DNA of 44,050 bases from Vulcanimicrobiales bacterium (GCA_038215615.1 JBBQQR010000019.1:1-44050); one strand, 5' to 3'; shown: positions 26,513-36,812, numbered from the stretch's first letter. Notes: generated by a model not told the origin, from the sequence alone. Program-made: numbers and translations.

Positions 26513-27891
26513 CAGTGCATAACCGCATTTAAGAGTGCGTGCGGATAGATTCCCACGAATAGCAATGCCGCGAGCAGCGGCGCGACGGCCAGCGCTTCGA
26601 CGAGCGTCAGATCGGGACGCCGCGGCAGCGCCGCCACTTCCGGCCCATTGATGACGTCTTGCAGCAGCCGCAGCATATATGCTGACGCCAGGACGATCGG
26701 AACGAGCGCGATCAGGGCCGGCCAAAAGTATCCGGCACGGAAGACTCCGGTGAGAATCACAAGCTCGCCGGCGAAACCGGCCAAACCCGGAAGTCCGAGG
26801 GCCGCGAGCGCGGCGATGGTGAACGCGCCCGCGAGTTTCGGATTGGCCGCTCCCAGGCCGCCGAGCTTCATCACCGAGCGTGTCTCTTCGCGCTCTTCCA
26901 TGTAACCCAAGATCAGAAACAACGCCGCGCTAAAGAGACCGTGCGCGATGATGTAGACGATTGCGCCCGCAATCGCGATCGGGTTGGCGCTGGCGATAGC
27001 CAGCACGATCAGCCCGAGATGCGAAAGCGACGAGTACGCCACGATCCGCTTAGTATCGGTTTGCGTGAGCGCCACGAACGCGCCGTAGAGCAACGAGACG
27101 AGCGCCAGAGCGACGAGCATCCAGCGCCATTCCACGAGCGCAGAATGCAAGAACGGCAGCGCGATCACGATGAACCCGTAAAGTCCGGCTTTCGATTGCA
27201 CGGCGCTGATGACGGCGACGACGGGCGGCGGGAGTTCCGCGTAAGTGTTGGGCATCCACGTGTGCAGGGGCCAAAGCGGGGTCTTCACGGCGAACGCAAC
27301 CGCGAAGCCGGCGAAAATCCACGGCGCCCACGATCCGGCGAACTGGTGCGTGGTGCCGATGACGTCGGTCGACCCGCTCAGAATGCCGAACGCAGCGGCC
27401 GCCAGCAGCAGCGTCAAGCCGCCCGAGAAATTGTAGATCAGGAAACGCCACGCGGTTTCGCGATGCGGCGCCCATTCGACCAACGCAAAAAACGGCGGGA
27501 TGAGCATCACATCCCAAAAGAGCGCGAACGCGAGAATATCCCGCGCCGTAAAGACGCCCATCATGCTACCTTCGAGCAGCAGCAGCAGTGCGACCATCGT
27601 ACGGCTCGCAGCGCCCTTGGTCGCCAGGATCGCGCAGAACGTGCAGAGCGCAAGCAGCAGCACGAGCCACAGCGAGACGCCACTCCACGAAAAATGCAGC
27701 GACGCGGTGAACGGACGCGAGAGCCAGCGCGTCGAGAAATCTCCGCCCCGGTCGCCGCCGAGCAGCGGTATCACAAACGTTGCCGCTGCCACGACGCAGC
27801 CGATCACGCGACTCCATACGCGGTCGGCGCGCGGCAGCGCGAAGAGCAAGGCGCCCGCAGCGATCGGCAACAGTATCAGCAACAGCACCAT
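26512..27891 (-). CDS. nuoM: NADH-quinone oxidoreductase subunit M
   Basis: AVKTPLWPLHTWMP, KRIVAYSSLSHLG, AHGL, GLPGLAGFAGE. Confidence 0.95.
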   Translation of the reverse strand: MVLLLILLPIAAGALLFALPRADRVWSRVIGCVVAAATFVIPLLGGDRGGDFSTRWLSRPFTASLHFSWSGVSLWLVLLLALCTFCAILATKGAASRTMVALLLLLEGSMMGVFTARDILAFALFWDVMLIPPFFALVEWAPHRETAWRFLIYNFSGGLTLLLAAAAFGILSGSTDVIGTTHQFAGSWAPWIFAGFAVAFAVKTPLWPLHTWMPNTYAELPPPVVAVISAVQSKAGLYGFIVIALPFLHSALVEWRWMLVALALVSLLYGAFVALTQTDTKRIVAYSSLSHLGLIVLAIASANPIAIAGAIVYIIAHGLFSAALFLILGYMEEREETRSVMKLGGLGAANPKLAGAFTIAALAALGLPGLAGFAGELVILTGVFRAGYFWPALIALVPIVLASAYMLRLLQDVINGPEVAALPRRPDLTLVEALAVAPLLAALLFVGIYPHALLNAVMH

Positions 27892-29804
27892 TAGTGTGCC
27901 GCTCCCTGGAGCGCGTAGTAGATCGCAAAGAGCGCGGCGCCGAAAACGATGACCAGAGCATACGAACGCAGCAATCCGGTTTGCGCGCCGCGCACGAGCG
28001 CGCCCAGGTCGGTGTTGGAGCGGACGAGACCGCGCACGGCGCCGTCGATCACGTCGGGGTCGAAGATGCCGCCGAAGAATCTTCCGAGCGCTTGCGACGG
28101 CTTGACAAACAGCCAATCAATCGCATCGTCGAAGTAGAACAGCTTCACTAGGAGCGCGGGTATACGCTCGGATTCCGTGCGCAGCCGCGCCGGCGCATTC
28201 GCGAGCGCAACCGGTGTCGCATAGCGCACGTACGCGATTGCGATGCCGGCCGCCATTACAACGAAGAGAATCGCCGTCGTCCAAGCCTCGCTTATCGCAG
28301 GCGCGGCCAGGGTCTCAGATGGAAACGTCTGCGCGAAGAGGCGGTTCCAGGGCGAGTTCGATCCGATCATCACGTAACCGGCGATCACCGAGAAGATGGC
28401 TAGAACGGCAACGGGCGCGGCCATCAGCCATGCGGGAGCGTGCGAATAACCATGCGCGGGTTCGTGCACGGGAGCCAAATCGCCGCGGTACGTTCCGAAG
28501 AACGTCACGAAAAACAGCCGGAACATGTAGTAGGCCGTGATGCCGGCGGTAACGATGCCGACGACGTACAGCCACGGGTGACCGTGTTCGAGCGTGCCGA
28601 AGATAACCGCGTCCTTGCTGAAGAAACCGGCGAAGCCGGGGAAACCGCTGATCGCCAGCACCGCTGCGAACATGGCAAAGAAGGCAACCGGAGCGCGCGA
28701 GCGCATGCCACCCATGCGCCGGATATCTTGTTCGTCGGCGAGTTCGTGGATGACGATGCCGGCGCCCAAGAACAGGCACGCCTTAAAAAATGCATGCGTG
28801 AAAAAATGCGCGATGCCCGCTTGATACGCCGTCACACCCACGCCCATGATCATGTAGCCGATCTGCGACATGGTCGAATAGGCGAGAATGCGTTTGATGT
28901 CCCATTGCGCAATGCCGAGCAGTGCGCCCGCGAGTGCGGTCAGACCACCGATCGTTCCCACGAGCAGCTGCGCGTCGTGCGACGCGCTAAACAGGGGCCA
29001 GCAGCGCGCGACGAGATAGACGCCGGCCGTCACCATTGTCGCCGCATGGATCAGGGCGGAGACAGGCGTGGGTCCTTCCATCGCATCCGGAAGCCACGTG
29101 TGCAGCGGAATCTGTGCCGACTTGGCGGCCGCGCCGATGAACAGGAAGAGGCAGACCCAGAAGAGCCAGCCATCGAGTGCGCCTACGTGAGCGAAAACGT
29201 TCGCAAACGTCGTCGAGCCGATTTTCGCGAACATCATGAAAATCGCAAACATGATTGCGACGTCGCCCACGACGTTGATCACGAATGCTTTGCGAGCCGC
29301 CGCCACCGCCGCCGGTTTAAAGAACCAGAAGCCGATCAAGAAATACGAGGCCAACCCCACTAGCCCCCAACCAACGAGCAATCCGACGAAATTATCCGAC
29401 AGTACGAGCGTCAGCATCGCGAAGACAAAGAAATTCATGTACGCAAAGAATCGCGCGATTGCCGTATCCGACCACATGTAGCCGGCCGAATACACGTGAA
29501 TCAGAAAACCGACGCCCGTAATGATCAGCGCCCAGATCAGCGATAGTGGATCCAGCAGCAGTCCGAAATCGAAGCCCGGCATCCATGAAAGTACATGCTG
29601 CTGCGCGCCGCCGGCGACACCGCTGCTCTGCGTCGCAATGCCCCACGACAAGAGCGTCGCTACGAACGGAACGCCGAGCGCCACGCATCCGATGACTCCC
29701 GCCGCGCGCTTCAACTGCGGGCCGAATGCCCAATTCGCGATCGCGCCGGCTAACGGCACGAGCCAAATCACAAACAGCAAGGGATACGTGCCCGCGACGC
29801 CCAT
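27891..29804 (-). CDS. nuoL: NADH-quinone oxidoreductase subunit L
   Basis: KSAQIPLHTWLPDAMEGPTPVSALIHAATMVTAG, HAFFKACLFL. Confidence 0.97.
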   Translation of the reverse strand: MGVAGTYPLLFVIWLVPLAGAIANWAFGPQLKRAAGVIGCVALGVPFVATLLSWGIATQSSGVAGGAQQHVLSWMPGFDFGLLLDPLSLIWALIITGVGFLIHVYSAGYMWSDTAIARFFAYMNFFVFAMLTLVLSDNFVGLLVGWGLVGLASYFLIGFWFFKPAAVAAARKAFVINVVGDVAIMFAIFMMFAKIGSTTFANVFAHVGALDGWLFWVCLFLFIGAAAKSAQIPLHTWLPDAMEGPTPVSALIHAATMVTAGVYLVARCWPLFSASHDAQLLVGTIGGLTALAGALLGIAQWDIKRILAYSTMSQIGYMIMGVGVTAYQAGIAHFFTHAFFKACLFLGAGIVIHELADEQDIRRMGGMRSRAPVAFFAMFAAVLAISGFPGFAGFFSKDAVIFGTLEHGHPWLYVVGIVTAGITAYYMFRLFFVTFFGTYRGDLAPVHEPAHGYSHAPAWLMAAPVAVLAIFSVIAGYVMIGSNSPWNRLFAQTFPSETLAAPAISEAWTTAILFVVMAAGIAIAYVRYATPVALANAPARLRTESERIPALLVKLFYFDDAIDWLFVKPSQALGRFFGGIFDPDVIDGAVRGLVRSNTDLGALVRGAQTGLLRSYALVIVFGAALFAIYYALQGAAH

Positions 29805-30124
29805 CAGCCCTTCATCAGCGCGATTTCGTCAACATCGACGTTGGTGCGCGTCCGGAAAACTATGACGACAATGGCCAGGCCGATCGCGGCCTCAGCCGCG
29901 GCCACCGTAATCACGAGAAAGGCAAAGATATGCCCCGCGTTGTTGAGCCATGCGCGCGCGAATGCCAGAAATAACAGGTTGGCTGCGTTCCACATCAACT
30001 CGATACTCATCAGCATGATCAGCGGGTTGCGCCGCAGCACGACACCGGCGACGCCAATAAAGAAAATGACCGACGAGAGCGCGACGTAATTCGCTAGCGC
30101 GACGGGCAGCAGATTTTCGTGCAC
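29804..30124 (-). CDS. nuoK: NADH-quinone oxidoreductase subunit K
   Basis: RRNPLIMLMSIELM, VAAAEAAIGLA. Confidence 0.96.
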   Translation of the reverse strand: MHENLLPVALANYVALSSVIFFIGVAGVVLRRNPLIMLMSIELMWNAANLLFLAFARAWLNNAGHIFAFLVITVAAAEAAIGLAIVVIVFRTRTNVDVDEIALMKG

Positions 30125-30726
30125 TACTCTTCTCCCGCGCGCACGATCGCTTCGCGCATGTCGCTTTCAACCAGACGGGCGCGGCGGCGCGTCGGTACGT
30201 AGGGCACGTGGTCGCCGGCAAGCAAGATCACGCCGACGACGGCCACCATTAAAATGAACGCGGTGATTTCAAACGGCAGCAGGTTGAGTGTGAAGAGCGC
30301 GTGTCCGAAATCCGCAATCGAGCCAAAGACGCCGGCCGTCCCGACCGGCCCAGAAGCAATCCCGCGCAGCGTCGGCGTTACCGCCGGTTCTCGCGAGACG
30401 GCGTAAGCGACAAATCCCAGGAGAACCGCGACAATCGCAATAGCAGGCGCGGCAATTTTCGGCAGGCGATCCGGTCCCGCGGAAAATGGTGCCACGCCGC
30501 TGGAAAGCAGCGCGATGACGAAGACGAACAGCATGAGGATCGCGCCGCTGTAAACGATCAGTTGAATGACGCCCAAGAATTCGGCCGAGAGCATGAAGTA
30601 CGTGATCGCGAGAAAAAGAAAATGCGCGAGCAGCCCGGCGACGCTATGCACCGGTTTCTGCGCCGTGATCACGAAAATTGCCGACGCGATCAACAGCATC
30701 GCCAATATCCAGAACGCGATGGTCAT
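30124..30726 (-). CDS. nuoJ: NADH-quinone oxidoreductase subunit J
   Basis: AEFLGVIQLIVYSGAILMLFVFVI, LLPFEIT. Confidence 0.94.
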   Translation of the reverse strand: MTIAFWILAMLLIASAIFVITAQKPVHSVAGLLAHFLFLAITYFMLSAEFLGVIQLIVYSGAILMLFVFVIALLSSGVAPFSAGPDRLPKIAAPAIAIVAVLLGFVAYAVSREPAVTPTLRGIASGPVGTAGVFGSIADFGHALFTLNLLPFEITAFILMVAVVGVILLAGDHVPYVPTRRRARLVESDMREAIVRAGEE

Positions 30727-31322
30727 TCAGCCAAGCCTTTGGTTTGCGTCTTGAGAATCGTGCCGCGCCAAGTGGCGTCGTAGCCTTCGCCGGTGTCGAC
30801 GGTAGATTTGATCTCCGCTACACGCCCGAGGTCGGACGGAATGCCGTTCGGGCGGTCGTCGGGCGCCAAACCCGTACCCGCTTCCGGCGGCACGAGCAGC
30901 CGGTCCTTGGAATAGATGAACGAACCGCGGCGGTAATCGGACATCTCGAAACGCGGCGTAAGGACGATTGCGTCGGTCGGACACGCTTCTTCGCACATGC
31001 CGCAGAAAATACAACGCAGTTCGTCAATTTCATAACGCGCCGCATAACGCTCCCCGGGCGACCGGCGGTCGGCGGGCGAGTTTTCTGCACCGATGACCGT
31101 AATCGCGTTGGCGGGACAAACGCTCGAGCAGAGCTCGCAGCCGATGCAGCGCTCTTTGCCGTCGCCGTAGCGGCGCAGTTCGTGCAAACCGTGGAAGCGC
31201 GGCGCATGCTTCTTCTTGCGCGACGGATATTGAATCGTCGGCTTGCGTTTGAACATGTACTTGAACGTCACGCCAAGTCCGGCCAGCAGCGCGCCAACAT
31301 TGTAGAGATTTTTGCGGCTCAT
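30723..31322 (-). CDS. nuoI: NADH-quinone oxidoreductase subunit I
   Basis: Two 4Fe-4S motifs, CIGCELCSSVCP and CIFCGMCEEACP. Confidence 0.96.
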   Translation of the reverse strand: MSRKNLYNVGALLAGLGVTFKYMFKRKPTIQYPSRKKKHAPRFHGLHELRRYGDGKERCIGCELCSSVCPANAITVIGAENSPADRRSPGERYAARYEIDELRCIFCGMCEEACPTDAIVLTPRFEMSDYRRGSFIYSKDRLLVPPEAGTGLAPDDRPNGIPSDLGRVAEIKSTVDTGEGYDATWRGTILKTQTKGLAE

Positions 31323-32323
31323 CCGCGCACCGCCACGTAAGCCGCCGTTGCGATCAGATTGAGCGTCGCGACCGGCAGCAGCACTTTCCAGCCAAACGCC
31401 ATCAAACGGTCATACCGGATCCGCGGGAACGTCGAACGCAGCCAGATATATGCGAACATAAAGAACGCCACTTTCAGCAAGAACCACACGATGCCGGGGA
31501 CGATCGTTAGACCGGCGACCGCATTCCAGCCGCCCAAGAAGAGCAGCGTCGCGATGCACGACACGGTCAGCATGTTGATGTACTCGGCGATGAAGAACAG
31601 GCCGAATCGCAGCCCGGAGTATTCCGTGTTGAACCCGCCGACGAGCTCGGCATCGGCTTCAACCAGGTCGAACGGCGCACGATTGGTTTCGGCAACGGCC
31701 GTGATGATGTAAATCATGAAGCCGACAAATTGCGGAATGAAGAACCACAACTTTGCTTGACTGTTGACGATGCCGACGAGCGACGTCGTGCCGGCTAGGA
31801 TCAGCACGCCCACGAGCGACATTCCCATCGCCAGTTCGTAACTGACGAGCTGGGCGGTGGAGCGTACGCTGCCCAGCAGCGGATACTTCGATCCCGAAGC
31901 CCACCCGCCGAGCGAGATGCCGTAAACACCGATCGACGTCATCGCGAGAATCAGAAGGATGCCGGCATTCACGTCGCCGACCGCCCACACGTTGCCGGGA
32001 GCGGGTTCCGAGAACGGTATGACGGCGTAGACCGCAAACGCGGTTACGAGCGAAATGAACGGCGCCAACCGGTAGATGAGCGGATCGGCGGTCTTCGGAG
32101 TGAGGTCTTCCTTTAATATCAGCTTGACGGCGTCGACGGCCGGCTGAAGCAATCCCCACGGACCGACGCGGTTGGGCCCAGGGCGCAACTGCATCCATCC
32201 CATGACCTTGCGCTCGGCCAGCATCGCGTAAGCGAATGTCGTGATCACGATGAGCAGCAGAATGGCGCACTTGACGAGCACCATCCACCAGATGGGCGAC
32301 TGCGGTGTGAGAAAACCGTTCAT
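31319..32323 (-). CDS. nuoH: NADH-quinone oxidoreductase subunit H
   Basis: ERKVMGWMQLRPGPNRVGPWG, AETNRAPFDL.EA..ELVGG. Confidence 0.97.
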   Translation of the reverse strand: MNGFLTPQSPIWWMVLVKCAILLLIVITTFAYAMLAERKVMGWMQLRPGPNRVGPWGLLQPAVDAVKLILKEDLTPKTADPLIYRLAPFISLVTAFAVYAVIPFSEPAPGNVWAVGDVNAGILLILAMTSIGVYGISLGGWASGSKYPLLGSVRSTAQLVSYELAMGMSLVGVLILAGTTSLVGIVNSQAKLWFFIPQFVGFMIYIITAVAETNRAPFDLVEADAELVGGFNTEYSGLRFGLFFIAEYINMLTVSCIATLLFLGGWNAVAGLTIVPGIVWFLLKVAFFMFAYIWLRSTFPRIRYDRLMAFGWKVLLPVATLNLIATAAYVAVRG

Positions 32324-34674
32324 GCCGGCGCCCCGACCGCTTCGGCCGTGCTCTCGGGAGCGCGCCGGATGTTCGTTACGCTTACGCTCGCGCCGTCAAA
32401 ACCGTTGGCGGGGCTGTCGGGCAAACCGCCAATAAGCGCGACCGTTCCGCGCGGCATTCCGCTTCGCACTTCTACGAGCAGATCGTGTAATACAACGTTG
32501 TCATCCTGAGCGGCGCGCGCAAGCGCGCCAGTCGAAGGACGCCCGAGCAAGGCGCCATCGGCGCCTGCGTCGAGGGGCGCAAGATCGACGTAATCACCCG
32601 TGCTCACGCCGAGTTCGGCGGCATCTTCGGGAGAAAGGGCAGCCGCCGGGAGCGGACAAAGCTGCGCAATGCGCGCATCGTGCGCGACCGTTCCGCCGCC
32701 TGCGAAAATACGCGTTTGCACGACGACTTTGAACGCACCGTCCTTACCGCGCGCATTCTGCCCAGCGGGGAAGCCAAAGCGTCGGTCGCCCAGCGTGAAA
32801 TCTTCGGGCGCCGTCGCCAAGTGGCGAAGAACTGTGGCGTCCACTTCTTGCGCCGCCGGAAGCTCAACGTCGAGTTTTTGCGCGAGCGCGACGATCATCT
32901 CGAGGTCGCTCAAGGCATCGTCGGGAGTCTCCAACGATTGCGCCCCGTTGACCGGCAGCACGTCGCCGGTCATGTTTGTGGTCGTGCCGGTTTTTTCGAA
33001 CGGCCCCTTCGCCGGCAACACCAGATCTGCCAGTTGCGCGGTTTTGGTCATGAAGAGATCGCTGACCACTGCAAAAGATGCGCGCGCGAAATCTGCGCGA
33101 TGCAGCGCAGGGTTTGCTCCGAAAATCGAAAGCACGGCTAGCTTTCCTTCGCGGGCCGCTGCGAACATTTCCGCCGTACTTAATCCCGATTCGGCCTTAC
33201 CGTAGCCGGGTTTGCCAAACGGCAACATGCCCATCGCTTCGGCCCCACGCGCATTTGGCTGCTCGCCACTTATGTACGTCAGAATCTCCGCGCCGGCGGG
33301 AAGCTTTTCCAGCAGCGACGTCGCGAGTTCGCCGTCGCAGCCGTCCCACACGATCGCGATGCGCTTTGGTTCTTTCGGTAAAGCTTTGATCGCTTCGGCC
33401 AGGGTCGCCACGTCGGTAGAAGGAATCGGCGCCGGATACGGTCGCTCGGCCGACGCGATGCGAATGACTTTCGCGCCTTTTTGCAGCGCGGCTTTGCGGA
33501 CGCGCAGATCCACGATCGGCGCACGCTCGGCCGGCGATTCACCGATGATCAGAATGGTGTCGCAGCCTTCCAAATCGACGAGCGTTCCGCTATTGCGCCC
33601 CGGCGAAGCTTGGCGCTGACGCCCGGCGCGCCAGTCGAGACCGGCAACGCCCTTGGCGCGAAAAACATGTTGCAGCAAGAATGCTTCTTCGTTCGTTAAG
33701 CGCCCGCCGCCAATGACGCCTACCGATGCGGGATCGATTGTGCACGCCTCGCGAATCGCCGTCGCCCAGAGATCGAGCGCGTCATCCCAGCCGATCTGCA
33801 CCCAGGTTCCGTCGCGTTTATACATCGGCTGCGTAATGCGATCGGGGTCATCGTAAAAGCCCACATTGTAGCGGCCGCGATCGCAGAGCCAGCCATCGCT
33901 GATCGCGTCGTCGTTTTCAAGCGACATCGTCCGCTGCACGACACCGACGCGTACGTCCACGTGCATTTGGCAGCCGGCCGGGCACTGCGTGCACGTCGTC
34001 GTGGTTCGCTGCAGGTCCCAGGGACGGGATTTAAAACGGTACGTTTTCGAGGTGAGCGCGCCGACCGGGCAAAGCTCGGTCACGTTCCCGGTAAAGTTGT
34101 GCCGGTACGGCTCGCCGTTTGCGGTTGCGATGATGTTGCGCACGCCGCGATCTTTCAAAACGAGTTCCCGTTCGCCGACGATCATGTCGTCGAAACGCAC
34201 GCAGCGCTGGCAAACGACGCAGCGCTCCTCGTCGAGCACGATGGTCGGTCCCAGGTCCACGGCTTTGGGCTTGCTGACTTTCGGATCGACGCCGCGCGAG
34301 TAGCCCTGACCGTATGCCATCGCGTAATCTTGCAGATCGCACTCGCCGCCCTTGTCGCAGATCGGGCAGTCGAGCGGGTGATTCACGAGATACAATTCGA
34401 GAACCGCGCGGCGCCCGTCCGACGCTTTGTCGCTCTGCGTGTGCACGATCATGCCGTCGGTTACCGCCGTATTGCAGGCGATCTGCAACTTCGGCATGCC
34501 TTCGATTTCGACCAGGCAGACGCGGCACAACCCCGCCGGGCCCATTTTGCGGTGATAGCAATACACGGGAATCTCGCGTTTGATTTGCTTCGCGGCTTCG
34601 ACAAGCCATGTTCCCTTCGGAACCTGCACCTGCGTGCCGTCGATGGTGACGGTGACGAGTTGCTGCTCGTTCAT
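32320..34674 (-). CDS. nuoG: NADH-quinone oxidoreductase subunit G
   Basis: CYH..CRVC..C, HPLDCPICDKGGEC, CVVCQRC..CPVGAL, and CTQCPAGC..LCDRGR (N7-type motif). Confidence 0.96.
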   Translation of the reverse strand: MNEQQLVTVTIDGTQVQVPKGTWLVEAAKQIKREIPVYCYHRKMGPAGLCRVCLVEIEGMPKLQIACNTAVTDGMIVHTQSDKASDGRRAVLELYLVNHPLDCPICDKGGECDLQDYAMAYGQGYSRGVDPKVSKPKAVDLGPTIVLDEERCVVCQRCVRFDDMIVGERELVLKDRGVRNIIATANGEPYRHNFTGNVTELCPVGALTSKTYRFKSRPWDLQRTTTTCTQCPAGCQMHVDVRVGVVQRTMSLENDDAISDGWLCDRGRYNVGFYDDPDRITQPMYKRDGTWVQIGWDDALDLWATAIREACTIDPASVGVIGGGRLTNEEAFLLQHVFRAKGVAGLDWRAGRQRQASPGRNSGTLVDLEGCDTILIIGESPAERAPIVDLRVRKAALQKGAKVIRIASAERPYPAPIPSTDVATLAEAIKALPKEPKRIAIVWDGCDGELATSLLEKLPAGAEILTYISGEQPNARGAEAMGMLPFGKPGYGKAESGLSTAEMFAAAREGKLAVLSIFGANPALHRADFARASFAVVSDLFMTKTAQLADLVLPAKGPFEKTGTTTNMTGDVLPVNGAQSLETPDDALSDLEMIVALAQKLDVELPAAQEVDATVLRHLATAPEDFTLGDRRFGFPAGQNARGKDGAFKVVVQTRIFAGGGTVAHDARIAQLCPLPAAALSPEDAAELGVSTGDYVDLAPLDAGADGALLGRPSTGALARAAQDDNVVLHDLLVEVRSGMPRGTVALIGGLPDSPANGFDGASVSVTNIRRAPESTAEAVGAPA
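32499..32540. repeat. REP-like palindromic element, in-frame copy inside nuoG
   Basis: TGTCATCCTGAGC-GGCGCGC(GCAA)GCGCGCC-AGTCGAAGGAC is the reverse complement of the core at 20999/36708 with an extra hairpin; 42 bp. Confidence 0.85.
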
Positions 34675-35930
34675 GCGCGCACTGTCTCACGGGCCACGCG
34701 CGCTTCAAACTGTTCCGGAAAACGCTTAAGGACTGAGGCCAAGAACGGTTCGATCGAATCGCCCAGCGGACAGAGATTAATGCCCGTGATCTCGTGGCTC
34801 ACTCGCGCGAGCATTTCGATATCGGATGTGAGCCCGCGGTTTTCGAGGAACCGGTGAAGCACGCGCTCGAGCCAGTGACCGCCTTCGCGGCACGGGGTGC
34901 ATTGGCCGCACGATTCGTGTGCGAAGAACCGCACGAGGTTGAACGCCGCGCGAACGAAATCGGTCGTGTCGTCCATCACGACGATCGCACCCGATCCGAG
35001 CATCGTGCCGGCTTTCTGCAGCGACTCATAATCGTACGGCAGATCCAGCTGCTCTTCGAAAATACACGCCGAGGAACCGCCGCCCGGCTGAATGGCCATC
35101 AGCTTTCGGCCCGGCCGCAAACCGCCCGCGATTTCGATCAATTCGCGCACCGGCGTACCCAGCGCAACTTCGTAGTTGCCGGGCTTTTGCACGTGCCCGC
35201 TGATGGAAATGATTTTATATCCCTTGCTGCGCTCGGTGCCTACCGATGAAAACCATTCGGGGCCGCGTTCGAGAATCGGAATGAGATAGGCCAGCGTCTC
35301 GACGTTGTTGACGACGGTCGGCTTGCTGTAAAGCCCCTGCAGCGCCGGAAACGGCGGCTTAAGACGCGGCTCCCCGCGTTTTCCTTCGAGTGAATTGAGC
35401 AGTGCGGTTTCTTCGCCGCAGATATACGCGCCGGCGCCGCGATGCACGGTCAGTTCGAGATCGAAGCCGCTGCCGAACAGATTCTTTCCGACGAATCCGG
35501 CTTTGCGCGCCTGTGCGAGTGCCTCCATGAAAATCTCGTAGCCGCGTTTGAATTCGCCGCGTATATAAATGAACGCGTGATGCGACTCGATCGCGTATGC
35601 GCCGAGCAAGATGCCTTCGATCACCTGATGCGGCGTCTCTTCGAGCAGCATGCGATCTTTGAACGTGCCGGGCTCGGCCTCATCGCAATTGCAGACCAGG
35701 TAGCGCGGCCGCACGTCGGGCGGCAGGAACGACCACTTCTTCCCGGTCGGGAAGCCGGCGCCGCCGCGCCCGCGCAATCCGGATTTGTCGCTCAGCGCTT
35801 GCACGTCTGCCGGTTTCATCTCGGTGAACGCGCGTTTGAGCTGCGTGTATCCGCCGCGATCGCGATAGACTTTGATGTCGCGTAGGTCGGCCTCGCCTAT
35901 CCCTGCGGTCAATACTTTGACGACCGGCAT
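34671..35930 (-). CDS. nuoF: NADH-quinone oxidoreductase subunit F
   Basis: GLRGRGGAGFPTGKKW, GAGAYICGEETAL, ESCGQCTPCREG. Confidence 0.97.
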   Translation of the reverse strand: MPVVKVLTAGIGEADLRDIKVYRDRGGYTQLKRAFTEMKPADVQALSDKSGLRGRGGAGFPTGKKWSFLPPDVRPRYLVCNCDEAEPGTFKDRMLLEETPHQVIEGILLGAYAIESHHAFIYIRGEFKRGYEIFMEALAQARKAGFVGKNLFGSGFDLELTVHRGAGAYICGEETALLNSLEGKRGEPRLKPPFPALQGLYSKPTVVNNVETLAYLIPILERGPEWFSSVGTERSKGYKIISISGHVQKPGNYEVALGTPVRELIEIAGGLRPGRKLMAIQPGGGSSACIFEEQLDLPYDYESLQKAGTMLGSGAIVVMDDTTDFVRAAFNLVRFFAHESCGQCTPCREGGHWLERVLHRFLENRGLTSDIEMLARVSHEITGINLCPLGDSIEPFLASVLKRFPEQFEARVARETVRA

Positions 35931-36670
35931 TACTCTTCGATTGCCTCCGCCATCGCGGGCTCAAGGTTCGCGAGCCGCTCTTTGGTGCGTCCCTTGAATC
36001 TCGCCTCGTCGGACAAGATCCGGTCGAGCATGATGATGCCGTCCCGATCGAGTCCGCCCGGATTATTCGGCTCGGACTGATCTTGCGCTCCGGCCGACTT
36101 CTCGCCGTGCGAGACTTGCAGATCTTGGCGCAGCGTCCACGTGCGCGCCGGCGCTTGCGACTGCGGGAGCGGTGCTATCGCGTATTTGCCTGAGCGCATC
36201 GCCGCCAGCATGTCATCGATCATCTGCGGCGTCAGATCGTAGACGAAGTTTAAATTCACTTGCATGCACGTCGCGCGGTCGCAGGCGGCCAAGCACTCGA
36301 CTTCCTCATACGAGAACATGCCGTCGTCGGTCGTCTCCAAATGGCCGACACCCAGTCGCTCACGACAATACGCCATGATATCTTCGGCGCCGTTGAGCGT
36401 GCATGCCAAACCGCGACAGACTTGCAGCATATATTTGCCGACGGGCTTGCGATAGAAAAGCGTGTAGAACGACACCGTCGACTCCACGACTGCGGGCGAC
36501 AGATCGAGCATCTCCGAAACCGCGCGAAGCGCGTCGGCGCTCGCGTAACCTTCGTGCGCTTGAAACAGGTGCACGAGCGGCAGCAGCGCCGAGCGCGGCT
36601 GCTCGTACTGCGCGATGATCGCGTCGCACTCGGGCTTGAGTTTTTCGCGCAAGGCTTTGAAGTCGTTCAT
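35930..36670 (-). CDS. nuoE: NADH-quinone oxidoreductase subunit E
   Basis: SFYTLF, CRGLAC..VECLAAC 2Fe-2S ligands; C-terminal extension. Confidence 0.94.
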   Translation of the reverse strand: MNDFKALREKLKPECDAIIAQYEQPRSALLPLVHLFQAHEGYASADALRAVSEMLDLSPAVVESTVSFYTLFYRKPVGKYMLQVCRGLACTLNGAEDIMAYCRERLGVGHLETTDDGMFSYEEVECLAACDRATCMQVNLNFVYDLTPQMIDDMLAAMRSGKYAIAPLPQSQAPARTWTLRQDLQVSHGEKSAGAQDQSEPNNPGGLDRDGIIMLDRILSDEARFKGRTKERLANLEPAMAEAIEE

Positions 36671-36673
36671 GCG

Positions 36674-36752
36674 CCCCTCGTCGGGCGCGCTTTGCGCGCT
36701 GCTCGGGGTCCTTCGACAAGCTCAGGATGACAATCTGAAAGCTCAGGATGAC
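36674..36752. repeat. REP-like palindromic element between nuoD and nuoE
   Basis: GCGCGC-TTT-GCGCGC hairpin module, core GTCCTTCGACAAGCTCAGGATGACA (36708-36732) and a partial duplicate AAGCTCAGGATGAC. Confidence 0.85.
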
Positions 36753-36812
36753 TATGCGGGCCGGAAATGTGCTCGGCAAACGTCCCTGCGGGCCCCGTGT
36801 TCTCGGCACCCA

